The translations under genes were made by a program, and so were the position numbers. Of a DNA stretch of 64,000 bases, positions 35,680-46,598 are shown piece after piece. Every line of letters starts with the position of its first letter. Position 1 is the first letter of the stretch. Below the pieces are notes generated by a model. The model did no database searches. It was not told the DNA's origin and worked only from the letters and a program-made list of their open reading frames with translations. The DNA comes from an uncultured SAR86 cluster bacterium (GTDB lineage Bacteria > Pseudomonadota > Gammaproteobacteria > Magnimaribacterales > D2472), in the NCBI GenBank assembly GCA_902601475.1, contig CACKNK010000002.1:135739-199738 (forward strand), written 5' to 3'.

Positions 35680-36488
35680 AACTAGATGATAATTTCTTTT
35701 TGGAAGCAGAATCAGTCTTGCGTGAAATAGAGCATGAATGCTCAATAAAAATACTTGATATTTATGAGTCCAATGAAATTTTGCAAGAAAATAAATCAGA
35801 CGGCTCCCCTGTTACAGCTGCGGACTTAGCTGCAAATGAAATAATTAAAAATAGTCTTAATAGTATCTTTCCTGATATTCCAGTGCTTTCAGAGGAGCTC
35901 GAGTATCCAGAAAATATTCCAGAAACATTTTGGTTAGTTGATCCCCTTGATGGCACAAAAGAATTCATTAAAAAAACTAATCAATTTACAGTAAATATTG
36001 CCTTAGTTCATAAATCTGAATCAATTTTTGGAATGGTAAGCGCGCCTGCCATGAAAAAGATTTGGCTATCAGCCAAATCAAATCAAGTTATAAAAACTCA
36101 AGAGTCAGTTTTTGATCGCAAAATTAATGTAGCTACCAGTGCTAGCCACTCGTCTAGTGATGACAGCAGCTTTTTAAATTTTCTTAAGGATAGCGGAGTA
36201 GACGCAGAACCCATGCCACTTGGGAGCTCTTTGAAGATCTGCTTAGCAGCAGATGGCGATGTAGATATTTATCCAAGATTTGGCCCAACAAGTGAATGGG
36301 ATATAGCTGCTGCAAATGCCGTACTTAGTAATGTCGGGGGGCTTTTAGTAGATTTAGAATCACATCAAAAATTAGCTTATGGAAAGCAAGATTCTGTTCT
36401 AAATCCTAGTTTTATAGCAATAAGCCCTTATATAAATAGCATAGAGGTTTTAAAATTAGTAGAAGAGTTTAATAAAACCTTGCTATAA
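35676..36488 (+). CDS. cysQ: 3'(2'),5'-bisphosphate nucleotidase CysQ
   Basis: DGSPVTAADLAANEII, WLVDPLDGTKEF, SEWDIAAA. ATGA overlap with phoA. Confidence 0.8.
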   Translation: MKLDDNFFLEAESVLREIEHECSIKILDIYESNEILQENKSDGSPVTAADLAANEIIKNSLNSIFPDIPVLSEELEYPENIPETFWLVDPLDGTKEFIKKTNQFTVNIALVHKSESIFGMVSAPAMKKIWLSAKSNQVIKTQESVFDRKINVATSASHSSSDDSSFLNFLKDSGVDAEPMPLGSSLKICLAADGDVDIYPRFGPTSEWDIAAANAVLSNVGGLLVDLESHQKLAYGKQDSVLNPSFIAISPYINSIEVLKLVEEFNKTLL

Positions 36489-36539
36489 TTATGATATTAT
36501 ATAATTGAAACTTATAAATACTTATACTAATATTTTATA

Positions 36540-37400
36540 ATGGGAACCGAATTACAGACAATTGAGTTATCAACTCCGGGAAAGGATATCGAATCCTATC
36601 TTTCGTCTGTGCATTCAATTCCAATTCTAACGCCTGTTCAAGAGAGAGAGTTAGCCCAAAAACTTTATGATAATGACGATCTTGATGCAGCTAGACAGCT
36701 AGTGCTGGCTCATTTACGTTTTGTGGTTCATATCTCAAGAACCTATTCAGGTTACGGACTTCCACTTGCGGATATTATTCAGGAAGGGAATGTGGGTTTA
36801 ATGAAAGCGGTTGATCGATTTGACCCTAATAAAGGTGTAAGGCTTGTATCATTTGCTGTTCACTGGATTAAGGCAGAGATACATGAGTACATTTTAAAGA
36901 ATTGGAGGCTCGTAAAAATAGCGACCACAAAAGCTCAAAGAAAATTGTTCTTTAATCTTAGAAGCAAAAAGAAGTCATTGGATTGGCTTACCAAAGATGA
37001 GGCAGAGAAAATAGCTGAAGATTTAAATGTTGAAGTCAAAGACGTCCTTCATATGGAAAATAGATTGTCTTCAAATGATTCGTCATTTGACGGACCAGCA
37101 GATCATGATGATGAGAGTGATGTTATGGCACCTTCACAGTATCTTGAGGATAAAAGATTTAGTCCAGAAGATATTGTTGAAGCAGATGACTTTGAGCAAC
37201 ATAACAATCAGTTGCTTTTCTCAGCACTCAAAGATCTTGATGAGAGAAGCAAGGACATTATCAACAGGAGATTTCTTTCTGATCAGAAGGTTACGCTTCA
37301 TGATTTAGCAGATGAGTATGGCATTTCTGCTGAAAGAGTTAGACAAATCGAAAATGGCGCATTGAAAAAGTTGAAGTCTGCAATGTCAGATGCCGCCTAA
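36540..37400 (+). CDS. rpoH: RNA polymerase sigma-32 factor RpoH
   Basis: RpoH box QRKLFFNLR. Region 2 IQEGNVGLMKAVDRFDP. Region 4 ISAERVRQIENGALKKL. Confidence 0.92.
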   Translation: MGTELQTIELSTPGKDIESYLSSVHSIPILTPVQERELAQKLYDNDDLDAARQLVLAHLRFVVHISRTYSGYGLPLADIIQEGNVGLMKAVDRFDPNKGVRLVSFAVHWIKAEIHEYILKNWRLVKIATTKAQRKLFFNLRSKKKSLDWLTKDEAEKIAEDLNVEVKDVLHMENRLSSNDSSFDGPADHDDESDVMAPSQYLEDKRFSPEDIVEADDFEQHNNQLLFSALKDLDERSKDIINRRFLSDQKVTLHDLADEYGISAERVRQIENGALKKLKSAMSDAA

Positions 37401-37599
37401 ACTATCAATTACTCTCAACGGAGAATCCATCACACTACCTTCGAATAAACTTGAAGATCTTTTAGATTCCTTAAATCTACAAAATAAAAGATATGCTGTT
37501 GAAATAAACAGAGAAATTATTCCACGATCAAAACATTCATCCTATCAGCTGTCAGAGAATGATAGAATCGAAATCGTTGAAGCAGTAGGTGGAGGATAA
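37390..37599 (+). CDS. thiS: Sulfur carrier protein ThiS
   Basis: 66-69 aa ubiquitin-fold protein ending in VEAVGGG. Overlaps the rpoH 3' end by 11 nt. Confidence 0.8.
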   Translation: MPPKLSITLNGESITLPSNKLEDLLDSLNLQNKRYAVEINREIIPRSKHSSYQLSENDRIEIVEAVGGG

Positions 37600-38378
37600 T
37601 GGATAAAACACTAAAAATAGGCACGCATTCTTTTCAATCTCGTTTGATGGTTGGAACTGGCAAATATAAAGATTTTGAAGAAACTAAAAATGCTATCACT
37701 TCATCTGGTGCGGAAGTAGTTACAGTTGCATTGCGCAGAACTAATATGGGTCAGAACAAAGATGAGCCAAATCTGCTGGACTTTATCGATCCAAATAAGT
37801 GGACCATCCTTCCAAATACTGCTGGGTGCTTTAACGCTGAGGATGCAGTCAGAACATGCCAGCTCTCAAGAGAGCTTTTGGATGGAAAGGCCTTTGTAAA
37901 ACTAGAGGTTCTTGGCGAGAAAAAAAATCTGTTTCCTCATATGTCGCAAACCATCGAGGCCGCAAAGACGTTGATCGATGACGGCTTTGAGGTCCTTGTT
38001 TATTGTTCTGATGATCCAATTTTTTGCCAGGAGCTCGATGACATGGGTTGTGCAGCAGTTATGCCGCTTGCATCACCTATTGGCTCCGGTTTAGGGATTA
38101 TTAATCCTTATAACATTGAAATTATCTTGGAAAATTCATCTAAGCCAATCATTGTTGATGCTGGTGTTGGCACAGCCTCAGATGCTGCAATAGCAATGGA
38201 GCTAGGTTGCGATGGAATCTTGATGAATACCGCAATTGCACACGCTAAAAACCCTGTCTTGATGGCTGAATCGATGAAGGAAGCAGTGTTATCAGGTCGC
38301 AAAGCTTTTCTTGCAGGCAGAATGTCGAAAAGAGAAACAGCTTCTCCATCATCGCCAACAACAAATCTAATTGAATAA
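37599..38378 (+). CDS. thiG: Thiazole synthase ThiG
   Basis: [42 protein letters not shown]. Confidence 0.92.
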   Translation: MDKTLKIGTHSFQSRLMVGTGKYKDFEETKNAITSSGAEVVTVALRRTNMGQNKDEPNLLDFIDPNKWTILPNTAGCFNAEDAVRTCQLSRELLDGKAFVKLEVLGEKKNLFPHMSQTIEAAKTLIDDGFEVLVYCSDDPIFCQELDDMGCAAVMPLASPIGSGLGIINPYNIEIILENSSKPIIVDAGVGTASDAAIAMELGCDGILMNTAIAHAKNPVLMAESMKEAVLSGRKAFLAGRMSKRETASPSSPTTNLIE

Positions 38379-39006
38379 ACAAAAAAAATATCTTCCAAGT
38401 TTTGTAAAGCGGTTGGGTAGAATTACAGCTGCACAAAAAGCGAATCTAAATGATTTAGATCTCTACAAGACAAAGATAAAGGACTTAAAAAACAAAAATA
38501 TTGTTTTAGATATTGGTTTTGGTAATGGCGAATATACTGCTGCTTATGCGAATGCTTTTCAAGAAAAACACTTAATAGCAACTGAGGTCTATTTATCTGG
38601 AATAGGAAGCCTGATAGGTTTAATTAATAAGTATAAAATCTCAAACATTAGTATCTTCGATGAAGATGTAAGGTTATTAATGGACCAAATGCCCAAGGAT
38701 TTTTTAGATTCGGTTAATATTCTATTTCCTGATCCTTGGCAAAAGGCAAAACACCACAAAAGACGACTCATCAGCGAAGACTTTTTGTATCAGTTACATC
38801 CTTTGCTTAAGCCTAATGCAAGAATTTTTGTACGAACTGATTGGGAAGACTATGCCGAACAAATAAGTGAATTAGATGAAGTAATGAGTTCTCATTTCAG
38901 ATTAAAGAGAACACAAAATATTGAGTTTGAATTTGAGACGCGCTTTCATCAGCGCGCAATAAAAGAGGGCAGGGAGATAAACAGTTTTTTATTCACAAAA
39001 CTATGA
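38371..39006 (+). CDS. trmB: tRNA (guanine-N7)-methyltransferase TrmB
   Basis: [12 protein letters not shown] motif and [15 protein letters not shown]. Confidence 0.88.
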   Translation: MNKQKKYLPSFVKRLGRITAAQKANLNDLDLYKTKIKDLKNKNIVLDIGFGNGEYTAAYANAFQEKHLIATEVYLSGIGSLIGLINKYKISNISIFDEDVRLLMDQMPKDFLDSVNILFPDPWQKAKHHKRRLISEDFLYQLHPLLKPNARIFVRTDWEDYAEQISELDEVMSSHFRLKRTQNIEFEFETRFHQRAIKEGREINSFLFTKL

Positions 39007-40119
39007 AAATAAAGAAACTGCATCATCCAAAAACTTAAAACCTTTCTCAGTTGTCCCAAGCCTTCTCTTTTGAAAATATCCTAGATCAACTCCGATTTCA
39101 TATTTTTTAATAAAGCGCTCAGATAATTTAATTTGATTGGTTGCTAGGTTTTTGTCATCTATGCCTAATTTATTTCTTAAAATGTTGATAGCTAAATCAA
39201 AGTCCAATTCTTTGCCCTCTAATTTTTCCATATGGATGGGTTTTGTGTCATTGATGTAACTCTTTATTGAATTACGTTTTCTAAAACGATGATGAAAATT
39301 ATCTTTAAAAATTTTGCTGGATGCGCCAGGCCCAATTCCTAAATAATCTCCGTACTTCCAGTAATTTTGATTATGAATGGATTTTGAATTTTCTTTTGAC
39401 CAAGATGAAATTTCATACTGGTTAAAATCATTTTTCACTAAAAGATCTGAAGAAACTATTTCAGCTTTTTCAATTTCATTTTCAGTTGGCAGTAGAGGCC
39501 TTTTTTTATAAAAAATAGTATTTGGCTCAATATTTAGTTGGTACAAAGAAAGATGATTTATCCCTGCATCAAGGAATATCTCCAGATCACTTTTTAGAGT
39601 TTGAGAATTTGAATTCGGCCCTCCATATATTAAGTCAATTGTTCCAATCAGCTCGCTTTCTGAAAGAAGCCTAAGAGCTTTTAATGAATCAGACGCATTA
39701 TGATTTCTTCCCAAAGAGCCAAGGTACTGATCATCAAAGCTTTGTATTCCAACAGACATTCGATTAATGCCACCATCTTTTAGTTCGACAATATAATCTG
39801 AAGTGAGATCTATGGGGTTTGCTTCAAAACTTACCTCGCAATTCAAAACAACCTTAAATTTACTATGTAAGAAATCTAAAAAATCTTTTATGAAGCTTGT
39901 TGGAACCTTAGATGGAGTGCCACCACCAAAATAGATTGACTTAAAAGGCCTTTGATTAATTAATTGCTCGGATTGGTCAAGGTCATTTTTAAGCGCATTA
40001 AAAAGTTCTTTAACGGAATCATTCAAAGAATCAGTTGTAATATTAAAGTCACAGTAGGGACATTTTTTATCACACCAAGGCAAATGAACATACAGCGATA
40101 GCTCCGGCAAATTATCCAT
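39001..40119 (-). CDS. hemW: Radical SAM heme chaperone HemW (HemN-like)
   Basis: LYVHLPWCDKKCPYCDF and YFGGGTPS. Confidence 0.85.
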   Translation of the reverse strand: MDNLPELSLYVHLPWCDKKCPYCDFNITTDSLNDSVKELFNALKNDLDQSEQLINQRPFKSIYFGGGTPSKVPTSFIKDFLDFLHSKFKVVLNCEVSFEANPIDLTSDYIVELKDGGINRMSVGIQSFDDQYLGSLGRNHNASDSLKALRLLSESELIGTIDLIYGGPNSNSQTLKSDLEIFLDAGINHLSLYQLNIEPNTIFYKKRPLLPTENEIEKAEIVSSDLLVKNDFNQYEISSWSKENSKSIHNQNYWKYGDYLGIGPGASSKIFKDNFHHRFRKRNSIKSYINDTKPIHMEKLEGKELDFDLAINILRNKLGIDDKNLATNQIKLSERFIKKYEIGVDLGYFQKRRLGTTEKGFKFLDDAVSLFS

Positions 40120-40710
40120 TTATTTTAATTTGTCTTTTAATACTGCAAATGCTTTTCCTCGATGACTTAGCTTTAATTTTGTTGAGGCATTTATGGAGGC
40201 AAAGGACTCGTTGTAGCCATCAGGGTAGAACATATCGTCATAGCCAAAGCCATGATCACCAATTGATTTTGTTTTAATTATGCCATTTGACCTTCCTTCT
40301 ACATACAGCGGAAGAGGATCATTTTTTGAAGTAATCATCACCAACACACACACAAAATAAGCCGGCATTTCTTCGAAGCCTAGACGACGCATTTCACTTT
40401 TAAGTTTTTCTTTGTTTTCATCATCTGAAGCATCATTGGATGCATATCTTGCAGACTTTAATCCGGGTTCATTATCAAGGCCAGGCACTATCAGACCAGA
40501 GTCATCCGCTATAACACTGTGATCTGTGAATTCAGAAACTCCCCTAGCCTTGAGAAGCGCATTTTCAAAAAAAGTTGAGCCAGTTTCATCAACCTCTAAC
40601 TGGACTATTTCACTTTGGGGAATAATTTCGGCAGGGGACAGCAGAGTCTTAAATTCATTAATTTTACCTTTGTTATTTGATGCGATAACAAAGACATCGT
40701 TAGGCCCCAA
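40120..40710 (-). CDS. rdgB: XTP/dITP diphosphatase RdgB (Ham1 family)
   Basis: VIASNNKGKINEF, GDHGFGYDDMF, SHRGKAF. Confidence 0.88.
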   Translation of the reverse strand: MGPNDVFVIASNNKGKINEFKTLLSPAEIIPQSEIVQLEVDETGSTFFENALLKARGVSEFTDHSVIADDSGLIVPGLDNEPGLKSARYASNDASDDENKEKLKSEMRRLGFEEMPAYFVCVLVMITSKNDPLPLYVEGRSNGIIKTKSIGDHGFGYDDMFYPDGYNESFASINASTKLKLSHRGKAFAVLKDKLK

Positions 40711-41278
40711 TTAAATAAACTCCCTCAGCTGCTAACAGATTTCCTCTTTTAAGTTTTTTTAAAGACCTCCCATGATCATCGAGATAAATTTTTTCTAAGA
40801 TCTTTAAATTCAGCTCAGCACAGAGCTCCTCAAAATCTTTAATAGTACACAGGTGGATATTTTTGGTCTCATACCATTTTGATGGCAATCTTGAAGAAAC
40901 AGGCATTCTTCCAGCCATCATTAATAGTCTAATTTTCCAATAACCAAAATTAGGTATTGAAACCACACAAGTTGTTGCGACATCCAACAAATCAATCAAA
41001 GCACTCTTAGGGTTTCTGAGGCATTGAATGGAGCTAGCCATGATGGCAGCATCAAAACCAAGATGTTTAAAATCTTTCAGTCCATCATCCAAATCATGCT
41101 GAATTACAGGAACATTATTTTCGATGCATTTTTTTATTTTTTCTAAATCATTCTCTACACCGAAACCATTAACACTTTTTGTATTCATAAGATCTCTAAG
41201 CAATGAACCATCACCGCAGCCAAGATCAATAACCTTGCTTTCATCCTTGATCCAATTATTTAAATAAGCAGAGTCCAT
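40700..41278 (-). CDS. metW: Methionine biosynthesis protein MetW
   Basis: VIDLGCGDGSLL SAM-MTase-like motif. Immediately downstream of metX. Confidence 0.85.
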   Translation of the reverse strand: MDSAYLNNWIKDESKVIDLGCGDGSLLRDLMNTKSVNGFGVENDLEKIKKCIENNVPVIQHDLDDGLKDFKHLGFDAAIMASSIQCLRNPKSALIDLLDVATTCVVSIPNFGYWKIRLLMMAGRMPVSSRLPSKWYETKNIHLCTIKDFEELCAELNLKILEKIYLDDHGRSLKKLKRGNLLAAEGVYLIGA

Positions 41279-41280
41279 AA

Positions 41281-42375
41281 TTATGAGCTTAAAAAAGTTT
41301 TTAGTATTTTTGAATATTCAGGTGAAGCGAACAAAAAGCTGTCATGCCCGTACGAACCTTCTAGCTCAATGAAAGAACTTTCTACATCAGAAAGAATGCA
41401 ATCTTTTTGTAAGCGTCGGCTATGCCAGCTTGGGAATAACCAGTCTGAAGTAAAACTAATAATGAGCAGTTTTGATTTAATTCTTTCTAACGCCTTGCTC
41501 ATACTGCCTTCAAATTGATCAGCTAAATTATATTCATCCATCGCCTTGGTCATCAAAATGTAGGAATTTGCATCAAAAAATTCAGAAAACTGATCTCCCT
41601 TATATTGTAGGTAATTTTCAATTTCGAAATTAACTTCTTCGGCAACTTTGGTTCCAGGCGCTTGTTTTTTTCTTCCAAACCTTCTTTGAATATTAGTCTC
41701 AGACAGGTAAGTAATATGTCCCAGCATCCTCGCAGTTTTTAAGCCTTCTTTTGGCGTTGTGTTATGCGTAATATATTCACCGTTATTAAAGGAAGAGTCT
41801 TTTCTAATTATTTGGCGTGCAACTTCATTGAGCGCAATGTTCTGAGGAGAAGTTTGTGCAGTGGCTGCAATTATTGCTGCTCTCTTAATTTTTTCTGGGT
41901 AGGATACTGCCCACTGAAGGGCTTGCATACCACCTAAACTTCCACCCGCAACCATTTCCCAACAACCAATTTCTAGTTCATCCATCAAAAGTTTTTGTGA
42001 ATTAACCCAATCCAAAACACAAACATCAGGAAACTTTGAGCCATAGGGCTCATTTGTTTCCATGCTTATGGACTTCGGCCCAGAAGATCCATAGCAACTC
42101 CCTAAGTTATTCACCGACACCACAAAATATTTTTCGGTGTCAATTGCTTTGCCCGGCCCAATAATTTCATCCCACCAACCGGTTTTATTCCCATCACTAG
42201 TTAAACCTGCTGCTTCATGACTTCCAGAAAAGGCATGACAAACTAAAACCGCATTAGTTTTATCTGCATTAATTTCGCCATATGTTTCGTATACGAGCTC
42301 GATCGAGGGAAGCATTTTATTGCTAGCAAATTTAAAATTTACATCGGATTTAAAGACGGCACTATTTTTTTTCAC
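41281..42375 (-). CDS. metX: Homoserine O-acyltransferase MetX
   Basis: NAVLVCHAFSGS and the nucleophile elbow GGSLGGMQALQW. C-terminal GHDSFL. Confidence 0.9.
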   Translation of the reverse strand: MKKNSAVFKSDVNFKFASNKMLPSIELVYETYGEINADKTNAVLVCHAFSGSHEAAGLTSDGNKTGWWDEIIGPGKAIDTEKYFVVSVNNLGSCYGSSGPKSISMETNEPYGSKFPDVCVLDWVNSQKLLMDELEIGCWEMVAGGSLGGMQALQWAVSYPEKIKRAAIIAATAQTSPQNIALNEVARQIIRKDSSFNNGEYITHNTTPKEGLKTARMLGHITYLSETNIQRRFGRKKQAPGTKVAEEVNFEIENYLQYKGDQFSEFFDANSYILMTKAMDEYNLADQFEGSMSKALERIKSKLLIISFTSDWLFPSWHSRRLQKDCILSDVESSFIELEGSYGHDSFLFASPEYSKILKTFLSS

Positions 42376-42911
42376 AGCAGGGGACCTGACAAACTTTTAA
42401 TTAAACTGATCAATACTGAGTTCACCAAGTTTAATAGCAACAAGCCTATAATAGGTGAGAAATCTAAGCCTCCCATTGATGGCAGATATTTTCTAATGGG
42501 ACTCAATACCGCATCAGAAAGACTATTAACCAACTCTGCAATGGGGTGTTGATTCATGGGCGCTACCCAACTAAGGATGACCGATCCAATTACAGCGTAA
42601 AACATTATCCTAAATAGAAAATTTACAACATCCACAAAAGAAAGAATCGATATAAATATCAAAGAATAACTATCTGAGTAGGCAACAAATAGGCCAACTA
42701 TTCTTAATCCCAATGCAAACAGCAAACTTGAAAATAAAGGATTTCCTAGAGGTAATACCAAACTTGAAACAGGCTCTACTTTTGTTGCAAGAAAGTTAAC
42801 TACAGGGTTGTAAAAATTTACTCTAGTGATTCTGAATAGAAATGAAAATAGGAATAAGTAACTTAAAAACATTGTAATTAGAACAACAAAGAAGCTGTAT
42901 TCAATATTCAT
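42372..42911 (-). CDS. yggT: YggT family membrane protein
   Basis: Four TM helices with the repeated YGGT-type organisation. Conserved position between proC and metX. Confidence 0.7.
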   Translation of the reverse strand: MNIEYSFFVVLITMFLSYLFLFSFLFRITRVNFYNPVVNFLATKVEPVSSLVLPLGNPLFSSLLFALGLRIVGLFVAYSDSYSLIFISILSFVDVVNFLFRIMFYAVIGSVILSWVAPMNQHPIAELVNSLSDAVLSPIRKYLPSMGGLDFSPIIGLLLLNLVNSVLISLIKSLSGPLL

Positions 42912-43692
42912 TTTGTATTTCCTTTGACCTTTTCTCAGCAGCCTTAAATGCAGACTTAAAGATGTTACTAATTTTGTTTTTCTTGAGAGCTTTTAATCCG
43001 CTGTAAGTAGTGCCTTTAGGCGACATAATTTTTTTTATGGACGGCTCAATGCCATTATTTAATTCAATATGTTGGGCGATACTAGATATAAACATAGCTA
43101 AATTTTTTGAGGCAGCATTTTTATTTTTTGAAAACTTTAATAGTTTTTCATCATACTGCTTTAAGGCCTCCATTATGAAAGCTTGTCCGCTACCCACAAC
43201 AGCAGTAAATTCGTGAAGATCCTTTTCTGATGATAGCTCAATTGTAGAGCCCATTTTATTTAGGAGGGGAATTAATTCTTTTGTTTGTTTTTTTTGTTCT
43301 TCTGCCATGAAAATAGCAGTAATGCTTTTACCAAATTCTGCACTGGTAGTTGGCATTATTCTTATAACCTTCTCCGAATTTACGAGTATTTTTAGCTTTT
43401 GAGATGAAATTCCTGCAACTACAGAAACAAGGGTAGTTTTACCCCAATTAATTGTAGACCCTTCAATGGCATCTTTTACATCTTTAGGCTTTACGCATAA
43501 AAAAATAAAGTCAAATTTAGCTGAATTTGCCTTACTTACAGCAAGACTTTTAATTGAGTTTTTTTCATAAAACTTTTTCTTTTTTTGGTTTCTGGTTAGT
43601 ACGGTAATAGAGGTAGGATTTAATCCGCTATCAAGCAAACCCATAATCATGGCTTGCGCAATGTTCCCACAACCTAAGAAACCAATATTCAT
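42901..43692 (-). CDS. proC: Pyrroline-5-carboxylate reductase ProC
   Basis: IGFLGCGNIAQAMI Rossmann motif and the SPKGTTYSGL C-terminal motif. Confidence 0.85.
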   Translation of the reverse strand: MNIGFLGCGNIAQAMIMGLLDSGLNPTSITVLTRNQKKKKFYEKNSIKSLAVSKANSAKFDFIFLCVKPKDVKDAIEGSTINWGKTTLVSVVAGISSQKLKILVNSEKVIRIMPTTSAEFGKSITAIFMAEEQKKQTKELIPLLNKMGSTIELSSEKDLHEFTAVVGSGQAFIMEALKQYDEKLLKFSKNKNAASKNLAMFISSIAQHIELNNGIEPSIKKIMSPKGTTYSGLKALKKNKISNIFKSAFKAAEKRSKEIQNEY

Positions 43693-44360
43693 TCTCTTTT
43701 ACCAAAAATATTTTCGCCCACTCTTATCAGATTAGAGCCATATTTTAATGCAATTGGATAATCATGCGATGTACCAAATGAAAAAGTATCAAAATTGTTA
43801 AAGTCCGAGCTGATGGCTTCGATTGCGTGTTTTATTCTCTCCATCGACTCATTCTTTTCATTTTCAGACTTAGTTAAGCTTGGCATAAACATCAGTCCGC
43901 GAAGCCTCAAATTAGAACAATGCTCCTCAATAAATTTTGCCAAGGGATGAACATCGCCTATTTGCACGCCGGATTTAGAAATTTCATCATCGATATTAAC
44001 TTGAATCAAAACATTCATAGATTTATTCAAATCAAAACAATGTTTGTTTAACCTTTCTGCAATTTTAATTCTTTCAACAGAGTGCACCCAGGTTGCAAAA
44101 GAGGCGATAGTCTTTGTTTTATTGCTTTGAATTGGCCCAATAAAGTGCCATACAGCATTGGCATTGATAGATTTAGCTTTTTCTGCAAGCTCGGCGGCAT
44201 AGTTTTCTCCAAAATTATTTATTCCCTGATTTAATGCAGCCAAAATGTGATCTACAGATTTCTTTTTTGAGACCGCAACAATCATTGGCTCTGATTGAGT
44301 TGCAGATGAAATATTAGCCTTAAGGCTTTCAACATTATTTTTTATTAATTCTTCGAGCAT
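43689..44360 (-). CDS. yggS: PLP homeostasis protein YggS (UPF0001)
   Basis: IVAVSKKKS (PLP Lys), HFIGPIQSNK, SFGTSHDY. Confidence 0.85.
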   Translation of the reverse strand: MLEELIKNNVESLKANISSATQSEPMIVAVSKKKSVDHILAALNQGINNFGENYAAELAEKAKSINANAVWHFIGPIQSNKTKTIASFATWVHSVERIKIAERLNKHCFDLNKSMNVLIQVNIDDEISKSGVQIGDVHPLAKFIEEHCSNLRLRGLMFMPSLTKSENEKNESMERIKHAIEAISSDFNNFDTFSFGTSHDYPIALKYGSNLIRVGENIFGKRE

Positions 44361-44884
44361 CTTTGTCGAATCAATGGCGATCTTCCTGACTTTATGAGAA
44401 TCTCTCTGGCATTGTTTACAGCAGATTTATTCTCATATGGGCCAGACATTAACCTAAAGTAGGCTTTGCCGGGCTCTTTGGAGCTAAAATAATTATCAAT
44501 ATAAGGTTGCAAGCCTAGTTTTAGAATATTAGTTAGCTCTTCCTGTGCATAAATTTTTCTCCCATATGTCTCTATCTGTAATATGTAGTTACATTCCTCA
44601 TTTGATCTATCTAGGTCTTCTGTATAGATCCAGTCTTCTGTAAGGCCAACTGGATAGGAGAATTCAATATTAGAAGTTATATCAAGCCCAACCATTTTTT
44701 TTACATCAGTATTCATGTTATTAATAAGAGCAAATGCACCAATTGCTGAGATAATTACAAGAGTAAGCCCTGTTTTTAAGCTAAAGGGATTTTTATATGT
44801 TTTTTTTGTAATAAATCTTTGATTTACTGATTTATTTTTTTTTAAACTCTTTTTGCTATTTATGCGCTTGGCAAAATCCTTCAT
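44345..44884 (-). CDS. SPOR-domain membrane protein
   Basis: TM LTLVIISAIGAFALI. C-terminal SPOR-like YILQIETYGRKIYAQE...AYFRLMSGPYENKSAVNNA. The ATG at 44884 lies 1 nt after the argS stop and is preferred over 44914. Confidence 0.6.
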   Translation of the reverse strand: MKDFAKRINSKKSLKKNKSVNQRFITKKTYKNPFSLKTGLTLVIISAIGAFALINNMNTDVKKMVGLDITSNIEFSYPVGLTEDWIYTEDLDRSNEECNYILQIETYGRKIYAQEELTNILKLGLQPYIDNYFSSKEPGKAYFRLMSGPYENKSAVNNAREILIKSGRSPLIRQRCSKN

Positions 44885-44885
44885 A

Positions 44886-46598
44886 TTACATTTTGTCCAT
44901 TGCATTAATTCCAAGTAAATCTAGGGATTTTGAAAAAATCTTTTTCACATTACTCAAGACAAACATAATGTCATTTTGGGTTTTTACATCAGATTTTAAA
45001 ATATTATGGTCATTATAGAATTGATGAAATTGATGGGCTAAGTCTTTTAAATAAAAAATGATAAGGTGAGGCTGTAAGTTTTCAACAGCACTATCAATAA
45101 TCTCATCAAATTTAAGCGACTTGAGTATTAATTTATCGCAAAGATAGAATTCAGTTGATATCAATTCTGAAGGGAGGCCATCATTATTTAATAGGTACTT
45201 TTGTTCCAAAGAAGAAATCCTTGCATGTGCATACTGAATGTAAAAATAGATATTTTCTTTATTTTCTTCTGTTGCCAGTGACAAATCAAAGTCAAGATGC
45301 TGATCAGCCTGTTTAGACAAATAATAAAACCTCGAAACATCCGTACCCAGCTTTTCAATCAAATCCGATAGCTTATAAAACTCTCCTGATCTGGTAGACA
45401 TTTTTACCTTTTTTCCACTTTCAAAGAGATTAGCAAATTGAACTAATTGAACTCTCAATCTTTCTTTTGAGTAACCCATAGATTCAATGGATGACTCTAT
45501 TCTTTTGATGTAACCATGATGATCTGAGCCCCAAACATTAACGATAACATCAAAGTTTCTATCAAGTTTATTTTTATGATATGCAACGTCTGATGCTAAA
45601 TATGTACCTCGCCCATCTTCTCTAACCAAGACCCTATCTTTGTCATCACCATGATTGGTCGATTGAAGCCATAATGCTCCATCTTTTTCATAGCCATTGT
45701 TCTCTTTTACAGTTTCTATGGCTTTTCCTAGCAGAGATTCTTTGTCTTCAATGCTCCCAAGGCTAGATTCATAAAACCAATGTTCATGGATGACATTAAA
45801 TTTTTGCAGATCATCTTTAATTAATTCAATCACATAAGCCAACCCAATTTTCCTTGATTCAGCCCATAGATCCGGACTCTCTTTTTTAAAAACTGCAATC
45901 AGGTCATCAATTTGCTTTTCAGGATCATTTTGACTTTGTTCTAATTCATCAATACTGAAATTTTCAAAGAATTCAGGATTAATTTTGGCAGCAATATCAA
46001 TAATATATTCTGCCTTATATGCAGATTCTGGAAAGTCATCATCATTAAATAAGTTCTTTCCTCTGAGGATTATGCTGCAAGTTAGGATATCAATTTGTCT
46101 GCCAGCATCATTTACATAATACTCACCTGTAGCATCATGACCTTTGAAATTAAGCAATCTTATTATTGCATCTCCATAAGCAGCACCCCGTCCATGCCCA
46201 ACATGGAGTGGCCCTGTAGGATTTGCTGAAACGAATTCAACCTGAATTTTTTGTTTTTCTTTTTTTGGAACTTGATTTGAGAATTGAACGCATTCACATA
46301 ACAGATCTAAAAATATTCTTTGTTCAAGGAAGATATTGATGAAGCCTGGTCCAGCAATTTCAATTTTATTAATGGATTGATCTTCTAAAAGACTTTTTTT
46401 GATAAATTCAGCAATCTCTTTAGGATTCTTTTTTGCAACTCCTGCACCGACCATTGCAATATTTGTTGTTAAGTGACCCTTGTCTAGATTATCCGAAAAT
46501 GAAAGCTTCGAATTTTTAATAATTTGATTTGTTGATTGATCCTCAAGCCCTAAATCAGATAATCTCTTATTAATAAGTGCACTAATCTTTGCAATCAT
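44886..46598 (-). CDS. argS: Arginine--tRNA ligase
   Basis: HIGH-type SANPTGPLHVGHGRGA, MSTR (KMSKS-like), DALR anticodon-binding C-terminus. Confidence 0.93.
   Translation of the reverse strand: MIAKISALINKRLSDLGLEDQSTNQIIKNSKLSFSDNLDKGHLTTNIAMVGAGVAKKNPKEIAEFIKKSLLEDQSINKIEIAGPGFINIFLEQRIFLDLLCECVQFSNQVPKKEKQKIQVEFVSANPTGPLHVGHGRGAAYGDAIIRLLNFKGHDATGEYYVNDAGRQIDILTCSIILRGKNLFNDDDFPESAYKAEYIIDIAAKINPEFFENFSIDELEQSQNDPEKQIDDLIAVFKKESPDLWAESRKIGLAYVIELIKDDLQKFNVIHEHWFYESSLGSIEDKESLLGKAIETVKENNGYEKDGALWLQSTNHGDDKDRVLVREDGRGTYLASDVAYHKNKLDRNFDVIVNVWGSDHHGYIKRIESSIESMGYSKERLRVQLVQFANLFESGKKVKMSTRSGEFYKLSDLIEKLGTDVSRFYYLSKQADQHLDFDLSLATEENKENIYFYIQYAHARISSLEQKYLLNNDGLPSELISTEFYLCDKLILKSLKFDEIIDSAVENLQPHLIIFYLKDLAHQFHQFYNDHNILKSDVKTQNDIMFVLSNVKKIFSKSLDLLGINAMDKM

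Noticed and set aside
37300-37400. TPP riboswitch upstream of thiS-thiG
   Set aside because: thiS overlaps the 3' end of rpoH by 11 nt, so there is no non-coding leader. No CTGAGA/ACCTGA-type THI-box core was seen.
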